The notes: generated by a model not told the origin, from the letters alone. Counted from the first letter of the stretch, positions 16,931 to 25,925 are shown. The stretch: 32,000 nucleotides of DNA from Methanopyrus kandleri AV19 (GCF_000007185.1 NC_003551.1:60001-92000), one strand, 5' to 3'. Numbers and translations: made by a program.

Positions 16931-17821
16931 GTGGGGAACAAGAGACGCGTCCCCATCCCGGAGGAGGAACTCATGGCTCCCGGCCATCGAGCGTGTGCGG
17001 GCTGCGGATCCGCCCTCTGCGCGCGCCTCTGCATGAAGGCCCTCGGTAAAGACACCGTGGTAGTCATGCCGACGGGGTGCATCGAGGTCGTCACGACGCC
17101 GTACCCGGAGACCGCTTGGGAAGTACCGTGGATCCACGTGGCGTTCGAGAACGCCGCCGCCGTCGCATCCGGTATCGAACGCGCATTGAAGGCGTTGGGG
17201 AAGGAGGACGTCACCGTTGCCGTGCTCGCGGGCGACGGTGGAACCGTGGACATAGGATTTCAGGCGCTATCGGGAATGATCGAGCGAGGTCACAATATCG
17301 TCTACATCTGTTACGACAACGAGGCTTACATGAACACAGGAGTACAGCGGAGCGGTGCGACACCGTACTTCGCCGCGACTACCACAACACCGCCGGGTAA
17401 GATCTGGAAGGGAGAGATGCGACCTAAGAAGGACATCCCGAAGATCATCGCCGCGCACGGAGCGCCGTACGTTGCGACGGCGTGCGTATCCCATCCCCAG
17501 GACCTCATCAAGAAGGTCAAGAAGGCGAAGGAAGTGGAAGGACCGGCGTACGTCCACGTACTGTGCCCGTGTCCACCGGGTTGGGGGCATGATTCGTCGG
17601 AGACTATCGAGATCGCGAAGCTGGCAGTGGAGACGGGGATGTGGGTGCTATACGAAATCGAGAACGGGGAGTTCCGCATCACCTATCGTCCGAAGGAGCG
17701 CAAGCCGGTGAAGGAGTACCTCAAGCGTCAGAAGCGGTTCCAACACCTGAGCGAGGACGACATAGAGAAGATCCAAAGGATGGTGGACGAGCAGTGGAAG
17801 GAGCTCGAAGGGAAGGAGTAA
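16931..17821 (+). CDS. porB: Pyruvate:ferredoxin oxidoreductase beta subunit (TPP-binding)
   Basis: 296 aa. [23 protein letters not shown] (TPP GDG motif) and [14 protein letters not shown]. Confidence 0.9.
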   Translation: MGNKRRVPIPEEELMAPGHRACAGCGSALCARLCMKALGKDTVVVMPTGCIEVVTTPYPETAWEVPWIHVAFENAAAVASGIERALKALGKEDVTVAVLAGDGGTVDIGFQALSGMIERGHNIVYICYDNEAYMNTGVQRSGATPYFAATTTTPPGKIWKGEMRPKKDIPKIIAAHGAPYVATACVSHPQDLIKKVKKAKEVEGPAYVHVLCPCPPGWGHDSSETIEIAKLAVETGMWVLYEIENGEFRITYRPKERKPVKEYLKRQKRFQHLSEDDIEKIQRMVDEQWKELEGKE

Positions 17822-18321
17822 AGGCTTGGGTCGGTCTACCCGGCTGTATAGGTTGCGTTCTGTGCGCGGAGGCGTGTCCGATCGGCGCCATAGAGATCGT
17901 CGACGGCCGGCCGCAGAAGTGTATACACTGTGACCCGGAGCGGGCGATGTGCGCGCGGGCTTGCCCCCATCACGCGATCGTTCAGGTGTGCGAAACGCTC
18001 GTGGTGGACCGAGACCGATGTAATGGGTGCGGAAAGTGTGCCGAGGCCTGCCCAGTAGGCGGGATATTCATCCGCGAGGACGTCGCCGTGAAGTGTGACA
18101 ACTGCTTGGACCGAGACTACCCCGCGTGTGTGGAAGTATGTCCAGTGGCCGGCGCGGACGTGGCTCCCGTGAACGAGCGAGTTTTATGGAGACGATCCCG
18201 AGCTGCCCGCACACTCCGAAACTTGCCGGGGAGTGGGGGTCATGCCCGACGACTCGGATCGAGAGCTGCTCGAAAGCATAGCCGAAGCCACAGTCGAAGC
18301 GTTGCGCGTGGCCGAAACTAA
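17794..18321 (+). CDS. PorE-like polyferredoxin (16 Cys, four [4Fe-4S]-type motifs)
   Basis: Four motifs: [40 protein letters not shown] and [17 protein letters not shown]. The listed ORF (17641) begins inside porB. In-frame GTG 17794 is preceded by GGTGGA. The 3' tail (Arg/Ser-rich, about 45 aa) overlaps fumA. Confidence 0.7.
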   Translation: MEGARREGVKAWVGLPGCIGCVLCAEACPIGAIEIVDGRPQKCIHCDPERAMCARACPHHAIVQVCETLVVDRDRCNGCGKCAEACPVGGIFIREDVAVKCDNCLDRDYPACVEVCPVAGADVAPVNERVLWRRSRAARTLRNLPGSGGHARRLGSRAARKHSRSHSRSVARGRN

Positions 18322-19153
18322 GCTTCCGGATGACGTGCTGGAGAGGGTCGAACGGGCCCTGGAGGAGGAAGAAGACGACCATGCCCGGATGATGCTGGAG
18401 GCGATCCTTGAGAACGTCCGCATCGCCGAGGAGAAAGGACTACCGATGTGCCAAGACACCGGACTGATCACGGTCTTTGCGGAGATCGGCCGCGAGTTCC
18501 CGCTGAGGCTGGCCGGGACCATCCGGGACGGGATCGAGGAGGGTATCCGGCGGGCCACGGAGGAGATACCACTTCGACCTAACGTGGTCCATCCGATCAG
18601 TAGGGAGAACACAGGTGATAACACCGGAGATCGTGTACCCATCGTGCGGTTCCTTCCGACCAAAGGGGAGGAGTTGAGGCTCCACTTCCTGCCCAAAGGT
18701 TTCGGGTCCGAGAACTCCAGCGCCGTGACTCGGTTATTACCCACGGAAGGGTTGGAAGGCGTCCGCGAGTTCGTGATCAAGACCGTGCGCGAGGCCGGCG
18801 GGATGCCGTGCCCACCGATCGTGCTGGGCGTGGGAGTCGGAGGTACGATCGATGAGGCCGCGCACTTGGCCAAGCTGGCCCTGTTCCGACCACTGAACGT
18901 CAGGAATCCGGACCCGGAGATCGCGAAGCTGGAGGAAGAGCTACTGGAGGAGATCAACCGGCTGGGCGTAGGTCCAATGGGTCTCGGGGGTCGAACTACG
19001 GCACTGGCGGTCAACGTCGAGCTAGCTTACACCCACACGGCCGGGCTGCCGGTGGCAGTGAATGTACAGTGCTGGGCGGCCCGGAGGGCGACCGCGATCG
19101 TGTACCCGGACGGCTTCTTCGAGGTCACTCAACGCGAGTATCCGCGGGGGTAA
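18233..19153 (+). CDS. fumA: Class I fumarate hydratase (Fe-S hydro-lyase) alpha subunit
   Basis: LPMCQDTGLITVFAEIG signature, 306 aa, followed by the beta-subunit gene. The start could be ATG 18242 (MPDD). Confidence 0.9.
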   Translation: MGVMPDDSDRELLESIAEATVEALRVAETKLPDDVLERVERALEEEEDDHARMMLEAILENVRIAEEKGLPMCQDTGLITVFAEIGREFPLRLAGTIRDGIEEGIRRATEEIPLRPNVVHPISRENTGDNTGDRVPIVRFLPTKGEELRLHFLPKGFGSENSSAVTRLLPTEGLEGVREFVIKTVREAGGMPCPPIVLGVGVGGTIDEAAHLAKLALFRPLNVRNPDPEIAKLEEELLEEINRLGVGPMGLGGRTTALAVNVELAYTHTAGLPVAVNVQCWAARRATAIVYPDGFFEVTQREYPRG

Positions 19154-19157
19154 TCGA

Positions 19158-19691
19158 TTGACCGAACACCACCTGGAAGTCCCTCTCGAGAAGGAGGAAC
19201 GGCTCACCGAGCTGGAGGTAGGCGATGTAGTGTACCTGAGCGGAACCATAATCACGGCTCGCGACAAAGCCCACCAGCGGATTTTCGAGGAAGGTGAGGA
19301 ACCCCCCGTAGATCTCGAAGGAGCCGCCGTGTTCCACGCGGGTCCCGTGGTCAGGCGCGTCGACGACGGCTACGAGCTGGTGGTGATAGGCCCCACGACG
19401 AGCACGCGGATGGCGAAGTACCTCGAGGATATCGTGGATGCGGGCGTGAAGTTGATCGTCGGGAAGGGAGGCATGGGTCCAGACGCCCCCGAGGTGATGA
19501 AGGATCGCGCCGTATACCTCACGGCGCCGGGAGGGTGCGCCGCGCTCCTTGCCGAGCGGGTGAAAAGCATCCGAGAGGTGCACTGGTTGGACCTCGGAGT
19601 CCCCGAAGCGATATGGGTCCTGGAGGTGGAGGAGTTCGGCCCGCTAATAGTCACCGTGGACGCGCACGGTAACGAGCTGGCGGGTGAGTGA
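19158..19691 (+). CDS. fumB: Class I fumarate hydratase beta subunit
   Basis: GDVVYLSGTIITARDKAHQRI, GPTTSTRM and GKGGMG motifs. TTG 19158 lies 4 nt after the fumA stop. The listed ORF start (19062) lies inside fumA. Confidence 0.85.
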   Translation: MTEHHLEVPLEKEERLTELEVGDVVYLSGTIITARDKAHQRIFEEGEEPPVDLEGAAVFHAGPVVRRVDDGYELVVIGPTTSTRMAKYLEDIVDAGVKLIVGKGGMGPDAPEVMKDRAVYLTAPGGCAALLAERVKSIREVHWLDLGVPEAIWVLEVEEFGPLIVTVDAHGNELAGE

Positions 19692-19694
19692 ACC

Positions 19695-20291
19695 GTGTAC
19701 GTCGGCCGGTTTTTACTCGCCGGGAAGCTGGAGGACGGGACACCGATCGCCGTATACGGCGTCTGCAGTCGCAGCTTCTCGGATCGACGTATCGAGGTCC
19801 GTGAGGGTGCGGCGTTCGTGGTTCCTGAAGATCCGAGCTACATCACCGAGAACCCGTACGTGACCTACACCTGCGCCCGGATCGTCGACGAGTTCCTGGT
19901 GCTCACCAACGGCGCCCAGACAGATCCTATCGCGGACAAGCTGGAGTCGGGAGTACCACCCAGGGAGGCGCTCGTATCCGTCACCTTCGCGATGGATTAC
20001 GAACACGACGAGTACAATACACCGAGGATCTCCCTGATCACGGACGGCGAAACGTTCTGGCTAGGACGGGTCGCACCGGAGGAAGTGTACTTCAGGGTCA
20101 TGAAGCCGAAGGACGGTGAGGGGTACTTACTGTCCGTGTACGGGGAGTACGCCGAGGTCCCGTCGAAACCCAACATGACCCTCGATCGGGAGGACCCGCT
20201 GGAGTGCGATCCGGTACCGTCCTTCGAGCACTACGTTTGCTCGGTGATCGCACGGCACGATGGCGGCCGTTGGTCCCTCGAGGCCAGGTGA
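19695..20291 (+). CDS. purO: Archaeal IMP cyclohydrolase
   Basis: MYVGRFLLAGKLEDGTPIAVYGVCSRSF N-terminus and a length of about 200 aa match archaeal PurO (MJ0626 type), from memory. Confidence 0.85.
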   Translation: MYVGRFLLAGKLEDGTPIAVYGVCSRSFSDRRIEVREGAAFVVPEDPSYITENPYVTYTCARIVDEFLVLTNGAQTDPIADKLESGVPPREALVSVTFAMDYEHDEYNTPRISLITDGETFWLGRVAPEEVYFRVMKPKDGEGYLLSVYGEYAEVPSKPNMTLDREDPLECDPVPSFEHYVCSVIARHDGGRWSLEAR

Positions 20292-20292
20292 G

Positions 20293-22284
20293 TCAGCCTA
20301 CCTCCAACAGCCTCGCGTTTCCGGGCGGCATAGCCCTCATCACGTCGTCTACAGTCAGATAACGGCGTAGGTTCTCCACCTCCTTCTTGAACAGCTCGAA
20401 GAGCCTCCTGGCGACGTCGGATTTGCGCTCGTTTCCAGGCTCCAAGACGCCGTACGTCATGCAGTGTTTCTTCACGGCGGAGACTGGTCCGCCCATTACC
20501 CTGTACCCACCCTCCACCTCTTGGACACCGATTGCCACCTTCAGCTCCGTTCGACGGAACCAGTTACGTTTACCGCGGATGATAGCACCTCCGTGGGGGG
20601 CCTCGGCGGACTTGTCTACCTGATCGGCCGTCACCCAGTAAACATCAGCGGCTTTAAGGCCCCAACGCCACGCTCGGGAATACGAAGCCGCGAAGATCGC
20701 CGCCTCGCGTAGGGTCGTCTCCGGGACCTCCTCGCCCTCAGTCTTGATCACGACATGTGGAGCTCCGTGCACGTGAGCGTGGACGAGGATGTCGTGCTCC
20801 TCCAGGTAGCGCCGCAGTATGATCTCGTTGGTATGAGCGTCCGAGCCGCCTATGACTACGAAACCGTCGGAAGAGATGAACCACCTGAACCGCTCGTACC
20901 AGTCCTTCTTGCGACGCTTCGTGAGCTCGACGGTCAGTTCCTCGAGCTCCACCTCGGGTGGGCCCTCTTCGAGTAGCTTCTCGAGTTCGCGCTCCTGCTC
21001 TCGAAGAACCTCCTGAGCGCGCTCGGCCTTACGTTCTAGCTCCTTCGCACGATCGAAAAGCTTGGAAGCCGTGGAGTGAACGTCCGAGTCGATCGGTACG
21101 GGCACGGTTACCTCGCCGTTCTCACCCGGCAACCTGAGGATCACGCGACGGTTCTCAACGTCGATGTCGGCTATCCTCTCCACTTCCTCGATGCCGGAAC
21201 CCTTAGCCTCTTGGATCCTCCGCTTGATCTCGTCCAGCGAGTACCCCTTGCGTTCTGCCTTCCGGAGCTCGCTCAGGATCCCGTCGACGAGGTTGTAGTT
21301 CAGGTACAGCGCGTTGGCCCGCCCACGGAGTTTCTCCGCCTTTGTACGTAGCTGCTCGATGCTCGAGCGCTGCCTCTCGATCGTCCGCTCGAGGCGACGT
21401 TTCTCACGCTCCCATTCCTCCCGCACTTCGCGTTCCTTCTCCGCCAGGAACTTCGTCACGTAATACTCGTCTAAGGCACGCTGGAAGGTGTCCTGCTCCT
21501 CCATCTCGAGCTCATCGGAGTAGCGTTCGAGCGGCACCGGCGTGACGTCCACGTAATCTCGCTCGGTCGTCCTATAGAGTGTGGGCCGTAGATCTCCCTC
21601 GGATATCTGCTCTAGGAGGTCCCGGAGCGTTTCGTAGAGCTCCTCTAGCTCATCCTCCTCGAACTCGGATGCGTGGGACTCCCGACGCTCGTACAGCCCG
21701 GCCCTCAGGAGCACCTCTTCGGCGTAGAGGCCCCCGAGACCCACGTCTACGGCGAGCGTCCGGACGAGATCGCGGTCGGCCTCGAGTAGTAGTTCCAGGA
21801 AGGCGTCACGGTCGAGCTCGTAAGGATCGGGCGGGCCTTCGGGTGGCTCGTACACTTCACCGGGCACGACGGCCCTGTTACGGAACCGTCTGGCCGGAAA
21901 AGCCCGCTCAATGACGTTGTTCTCGTCCGTTACGGCGAGCGTACCTTTGGGGAGCAGCTCGACATGGACCCTACGGCCCGAACGCAGGTCGAAGCGTAGG
22001 ATTCTATCGAAACCTAGCTGGGTGACGCGCTCGATGCGGTCGCCGGAAAGGGTGTTTCGGAGGGCCTGGGAAACGGAGGTGGGTTGGTCGGGGCTGGGTT
22101 TTGGGCGCCAGGTTAGGTGTACACGCATCCCCGGTTCCCAGACCAGATAATGGGAGCCCACGCCCGGGACGTGAACCTTGACCTTCAGCTCGCGCTCTCC
22201 TACCTGGTATATCTTGTCTATCAAGGCCCCCTCGAGCAAGGAATCTAGTTCGCGGGCCGTGGCGCGTACGTCGAAGGATGTCAT
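20293..22284 (-). CDS. NFACT-family protein (Rqc2/RqcH/FbpA homologue; ribosome quality control)
   Basis: 663 aa. N-terminal MTSFDVRATARELDSLLEGALIDKIYQ (NFACT-N), long central coiled coil, and C-terminal WFISSDGFVVIGGSDAHTNE ... VHAHVHGAPHVVIK (NFACT-R/DUF814-like). Strong GGAGG SD before the ATG. Confidence 0.85.
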   Translation of the reverse strand: MTSFDVRATARELDSLLEGALIDKIYQVGERELKVKVHVPGVGSHYLVWEPGMRVHLTWRPKPSPDQPTSVSQALRNTLSGDRIERVTQLGFDRILRFDLRSGRRVHVELLPKGTLAVTDENNVIERAFPARRFRNRAVVPGEVYEPPEGPPDPYELDRDAFLELLLEADRDLVRTLAVDVGLGGLYAEEVLLRAGLYERRESHASEFEEDELEELYETLRDLLEQISEGDLRPTLYRTTERDYVDVTPVPLERYSDELEMEEQDTFQRALDEYYVTKFLAEKEREVREEWEREKRRLERTIERQRSSIEQLRTKAEKLRGRANALYLNYNLVDGILSELRKAERKGYSLDEIKRRIQEAKGSGIEEVERIADIDVENRRVILRLPGENGEVTVPVPIDSDVHSTASKLFDRAKELERKAERAQEVLREQERELEKLLEEGPPEVELEELTVELTKRRKKDWYERFRWFISSDGFVVIGGSDAHTNEIILRRYLEEHDILVHAHVHGAPHVVIKTEGEEVPETTLREAAIFAASYSRAWRWGLKAADVYWVTADQVDKSAEAPHGGAIIRGKRNWFRRTELKVAIGVQEVEGGYRVMGGPVSAVKKHCMTYGVLEPGNERKSDVARRLFELFKKEVENLRRYLTVDDVMRAMPPGNARLLEVG

Positions 22285-22340
22285 CGCCTCCTTGGACCAC
22301 GCCTTCAGGCCGTGTGACCCCCGGTGGGATCACCGTCGGA

Positions 22341-23570
22341 TCACGCGGTCCTTCTCTTGATCTTCGCCTTGACGGCCTCCTTCCTCCGGACTGTCTCCTC
22401 CTTCTCCTCCTCCCCGAGTACTTCACGGACCAGGTGCCGGATGGCGTTCTTGAAGGCTATAATCAGATCCCAGTCGTGGGCCTTGACCGAGATGACGTTC
22501 CGTGCGTCCTTGACGTGGATACGTACCGAGTACTTGTGTCGGTTACCCTCCTCGTGGTACCGCTTGATGTGGACCTCGACAGCCTCGATCGACGGGCGCA
22601 TCGAGGCGAGCTTCTGAACGGCCGCGGCTATCGACTTACGGAGGATCACCAGGGTGAAGTCGTCGACGTCGTCTACGCCTTTCAGCGACACGAACACACC
22701 GCGCTTCCGCATCAGCTCGGGGATCTTGCGCAGGATGTCCCGCCTCGTCACGACTCCGATGGGCTCCTCGAGCTTATTGACGATCGGCATGCCCCGGATA
22801 CCGTGCTCCACAATCTTCTCACATAGGTCAACCACGGTCTCATCGGGCTCGGCTCGCACACAAGGTGAGCTCATGATATTCTTCACCGGATGACCGAAAG
22901 CGGGCACTTTCTCGCCCTTGCGGTCCATCTTCCCGAGCCTGGTGATCGGCTTGATGACCTCACGGATGATATCCGTGGTGGTGACGATTCCTCGGAGTTT
23001 GTTCGCGTCGTTGACCACCGGGAGTCTGCTGATACCGTGATCGCGCATTATGGCTCGGGCCTTGGCGATGGTATCGTTCTCGTGAATTGTGATCACCGGA
23101 GTGCTCATCACCTCCCGAGCGTCGATCTTGGTTAACTCGTCCGACTCGCGCGCGACGTCGATGATGTCGTACTCCGTTACGAGACCCACAAACTCCCCGT
23201 CCTCCACCACGGGTAAGGCGCGGAGACCCGAATCGATCATCTCGGTGATAGCTTCGACGATGAGCGTGTCGGGGGTGACCGTTTCCGGCTTCATCATCAC
23301 GGTTTCGGGTCTCACGTTCGAGATGTCCGCCACATGAGCGTCCACCACGTCGTAATACGAGATCATCCCCACAACCTTACCATCGTCTACGATGGGTATT
23401 TCCTTCACACCGTGGCGCTCCAACTTCGAGAATATCTTCGACAACGGCTCGCCGGGTTCCGCGGTGATGACCTCCTCAGCGGGCGTCATAATCTCCTCGA
23501 CGGGGCGCTCAAAGATTTCCAACGGATCGCCCCCATAGATGTTTGACGGCACGACGATGGTTCCGATCAC
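22341..23570 (-). CDS. Four-CBS-domain protein with C-terminal HPF/RaiA (S30AE)-like domain
   Basis: Four tandem CBS repeats (IMTPAEEVITAEP.., VMMKPETVTPD.., VMSTPVITIHE.., IMSSPCVRAEP..). The C-terminal ~120 aa (22344-22697) have a beta-alpha-beta-beta-beta-alpha pattern resembling hibernation factors. Start is uncertain: the ORF extends to 23657, and candidates are GTG 23570, GTG 23552 and ATG 23489. Confidence 0.8.
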   Translation of the reverse strand: MIGTIVVPSNIYGGDPLEIFERPVEEIMTPAEEVITAEPGEPLSKIFSKLERHGVKEIPIVDDGKVVGMISYYDVVDAHVADISNVRPETVMMKPETVTPDTLIVEAITEMIDSGLRALPVVEDGEFVGLVTEYDIIDVARESDELTKIDAREVMSTPVITIHENDTIAKARAIMRDHGISRLPVVNDANKLRGIVTTTDIIREVIKPITRLGKMDRKGEKVPAFGHPVKNIMSSPCVRAEPDETVVDLCEKIVEHGIRGMPIVNKLEEPIGVVTRRDILRKIPELMRKRGVFVSLKGVDDVDDFTLVILRKSIAAAVQKLASMRPSIEAVEVHIKRYHEEGNRHKYSVRIHVKDARNVISVKAHDWDLIIAFKNAIRHLVREVLGEEEKEETVRRKEAVKAKIKRRTA

Positions 23571-23619
23571 GGCAAAAAAGAAATCGGTACCGGACCCGCG
23601 CCGGCGTCGAGATGGCGAG

Positions 23620-23895
23620 ATGAGGGTGGGTGACTTGAGTGGTGAGCCCGAATACAAGTTGGCGCTAGCGGCAGTTCACCAAGGGCTCGGGATCCTAGCC
23701 GGATACCTATGCGCTACGGGGTACTCTATCGTGCTCGTGATGGCCCTTTTGATCTTGCCGTTCGCCCTCGGTAAGGTCCTGGAGCGATTGCTGGAGCGAG
23801 AGCGTATCGGCGGCGCCAAGGGCTGGTTAGCGTACGGTCTAGGGGCGTACCTCTCGGCGTGGATACTAGTTTGGACGTACTTCATTAACCGGTAA
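23620..23895 (+). CDS. Small membrane protein (2-3 TM)
   Basis: ATG 23620 within listed ORF 23539..23895. Hydrophobic segments are GLGILAGYLCATGYSIVLVMALLILPFAL and WLAYGLGAYLSAWILVWTYFI. Lies immediately upstream of ABCE1. Confidence 0.4.
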   Translation: MRVGDLSGEPEYKLALAAVHQGLGILAGYLCATGYSIVLVMALLILPFALGKVLERLLERERIGGAKGWLAYGLGAYLSAWILVWTYFINR

Positions 23896-23901
23896 TCGGG
23901 G

Positions 23902-25701
23902 GTGGTATCGATCGGCAGGAGGGTAGCAGTCGTGGACAGGGAGCGGTGCAAAGGAGGATCCAAATGCGACTACGTCTGCCAACGTTTCTGCCCTGGGGTC
24001 AGGACAGGGCGTGAGACCATCACGATCGACGAGGACACCAACAAGCCCGTGATCTCCGAGGAACTGTGCTCCGGCTGCGGTATCTGCGCCCAGAAGTGTC
24101 CCTTCGATGCGATCAAAGTTGTACGCCTCCCCGAGGAGCTAGAGGAAGAATGCGTACACAAGTACGAGGAGGGAGGGTTCCGACTCTACAGGCTCCCCGT
24201 TCCCAAACCCGGGAAGGTCACCGGCGTGATCGGACGCAACGCGATCGGTAAGACCACCGCCGCTAAGATACTCACAGGAGAGCTCAAACCCAACCTAGGG
24301 GATCCTGAAGCGGACCCCGACTGGGACGAGGTGATCCGAGCATTTTCGGGCACGGAGCTCCAGGAACACTTCCGACGTATCGCGGACGGTGATCTCCGAC
24401 CCGTCATGAAGCCGCAGTACGTCGAGGCCCTGCCCAAGGTCGTTAAGGGCCGGGTGAAGGACGTCCTCGAGGACGTAGACGAGCTCGGGGTTGTCGACGA
24501 GCTCATCGAGCGCCTCGGACTGACCGAGGTGACCGACCGACGGATCTCCGACCTCAGCGGTGGAGAGCTGCAGCGTGTCGCTATCGCCGCGGCACTCTCT
24601 CGAGACGCGGACTTCCTGGTTTTCGACGAACCGTGTAGCTACCTCGACGTCGAACAACGACTCTCGCTGGCCCGGTCACTCCGTGAGATCGTCGAGGATC
24701 GAGGTATTCCGATGCTCGTCATCGAGCACGACTTAGCCACACTGGACTACGTCGCCGACGTGGTGCACGTCCTCTATGGAAAGCGTGGTGCGTACGGTGT
24801 GGTGTCCAAGCCGATGGGTGTAGGCAAGGGGATCAACGCGTACCTGAAGGGTTACTTGGAGGCCGAGAACGTCCGCTTCCGGGACGAGGAAGTGGTGCTC
24901 CCGGAGAAACCGGCGGAGGCCGAGGCGGGTGAGCGAGACACCCTCGTGGAGTACGGCGAGCTCGTCAAGGAATACGACGGCGACTTCAGGCTCGAAGTGG
25001 AGCCGGGCGAAATTCGTGTCGGGGAGATCATCGGAGCCCTCGGGCCTAACGCCATCGGTAAGACGACCTTCGTTAAGCTCCTGGCCGGAGTACTCGAGCC
25101 TACCGGAGGAGGAGTCGATGTCGACGTTAAGGTCTCGTACAAGCCGCAGTACCTGGAGGTGGATTCGGATGAACCCGTCGAGCAAGTGCTACGAAGGACC
25201 GCCGGTTCGGAGTGGGGATCGAGCTGGTACCGGAGCAACATCGTGGAGCCACTGGACTTAGAGTACCTGTTCGATAGACCCTTGTGTGAGCTGAGCGGCG
25301 GTGAGCTGCAGCGCGTAGCCGTGGCGGCCGCCCTATCCCGGGAAGCCGATCTGTACCTTCTAGACGAGCCTAGCGCGTATTTGGACGTTGAAGAGAGGAT
25401 CAACACCGCCCGCGTCATCAGACGGGTGATCGAAGCACGGGATGCTGCCGCCATCGTAGTCGACCACGACTTACTCCTGCTAGACTACATCAGTGACAGG
25501 ATGATGGTGTTCGAAGGCGAGCCAGGAAAGCACGGACGTGCGAATCCGCCGGAGAGTAAACGGGAAGCCATGAACAGGTTTCTGTCGAACTTAGGCGTGA
25601 CGTTCAGGCGGGACCCGGAGACACGGAGGCCGAGAGCCAACAAGCCCGGCAGTCACCGTGACCGTGAACAGAAGCGTCGTGGTGAGTACTTCTACGCGTA
25701 G
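23902..25701 (+). CDS. ABCE1: ABCE1 / RNase L inhibitor homologue (ribosome recycling ATPase)
   Basis: N-terminal diferredoxin domain (CKGGSKCDYVCQRFCP, CSGCGICAQKCP) followed by two ABC cassettes. Cassette motifs are GRNAIGKTT / LSGGELQRV / VFDEP and GPNAIGKTT / LSGGELQRV / LLDEP. 599 aa. Confidence 0.93.
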   Translation: MVSIGRRVAVVDRERCKGGSKCDYVCQRFCPGVRTGRETITIDEDTNKPVISEELCSGCGICAQKCPFDAIKVVRLPEELEEECVHKYEEGGFRLYRLPVPKPGKVTGVIGRNAIGKTTAAKILTGELKPNLGDPEADPDWDEVIRAFSGTELQEHFRRIADGDLRPVMKPQYVEALPKVVKGRVKDVLEDVDELGVVDELIERLGLTEVTDRRISDLSGGELQRVAIAAALSRDADFLVFDEPCSYLDVEQRLSLARSLREIVEDRGIPMLVIEHDLATLDYVADVVHVLYGKRGAYGVVSKPMGVGKGINAYLKGYLEAENVRFRDEEVVLPEKPAEAEAGERDTLVEYGELVKEYDGDFRLEVEPGEIRVGEIIGALGPNAIGKTTFVKLLAGVLEPTGGGVDVDVKVSYKPQYLEVDSDEPVEQVLRRTAGSEWGSSWYRSNIVEPLDLEYLFDRPLCELSGGELQRVAVAAALSREADLYLLDEPSAYLDVEERINTARVIRRVIEARDAAAIVVDHDLLLLDYISDRMMVFEGEPGKHGRANPPESKREAMNRFLSNLGVTFRRDPETRRPRANKPGSHRDREQKRRGEYFYA

Positions 25702-25826
25702 GGGACCTCCCACGGCACTAGCCGACGAAAACGCGTCGGTCTCGAGCTCCACCGATTCTCGGACAGCAACATACCCCGACAACGTCCCGGAGGCCCTTTA
25801 TGTTGAAATATGGAAACATAATTGTA

Positions 25827-25831
25827 TTTTT
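25827..25831 (+). terminator. Oligo-T run (T5), candidate archaeal terminator for ABCE1
   Basis: TATTTTTA about 125 nt downstream of the ABCE1 stop. A second T5 lies at 25987-25991. Confidence 0.3.
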
Positions 25832-25848
25832 AGGTTCATACGGTTTAT

Positions 25849-25862
25849 GCATGATCCGTGCA
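25849..25862. repeat. Direct repeat copy 1: GCATGATCCGTGCA
   Basis: 13 of 14 identical to copy 2, which starts 77 bp downstream. Both copies are preceded by TTAT. Confidence 0.7.
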
Positions 25863-25925
25863 TGGAAGTTGAATGATAGTACGTAAATAGTATGGTACCA
25901 ATGCATAGATTACATGAGCGTTATC

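Noticed and set aside
16529-17253. 202-aa and 159-aa minus-strand ORFs
   Set aside because: They are antisense to porA/porB, which have unambiguous family motifs.
17641-17793. Upstream part of the ferredoxin ORF
   Set aside because: It lies inside porB in another frame, with an Arg/Gly/Glu-rich translation and no Cys motifs.
18184-19014. 276-aa ORF on the minus strand
   Set aside because: It is entirely antisense to the well-supported fumA gene. The product is Ser/Pro/Arg-rich low complexity, typical of spurious antisense frames in high-GC DNA.
19062-19157. Upstream part of the fumB ORF
   Set aside because: It lies inside fumA. The conserved beta-subunit sequence begins right after TTG 19158.
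23574-23584. A-rich tract AAAAAAGAAAT as a shared bidirectional promoter for the CBS gene and the small membrane gene
   Set aside because: It is a poor match to an archaeal TATA box and its position depends on unresolved start codons. It is noted but not called.
24852-25454. 200-aa minus-strand ORF (and neighbours 24733..25185, 24186..24657)
   Set aside because: They are antisense to ABCE1, have Ser/Thr/Arg-rich composition and carry no motif.
25801-25818. Possible origin-recognition-box (ORB) element, TGTTGAAATATGGAAACA
   Set aside because: Only a half-site (TGGAAAC) resembles the mini-ORB core, it is a single copy, and no orc1/cdc6 gene is adjacent. It is kept only as part of the AT-island finding, not called as an ORB.
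25658-25906. 72-aa (+) and 62-aa (-) ORFs spanning the AT-rich island
   Set aside because: One overlaps the ABCE1 3' end. Both have odd composition, neither has an SD, and they overlap each other. They are more likely chance ORFs in AT-rich DNA.
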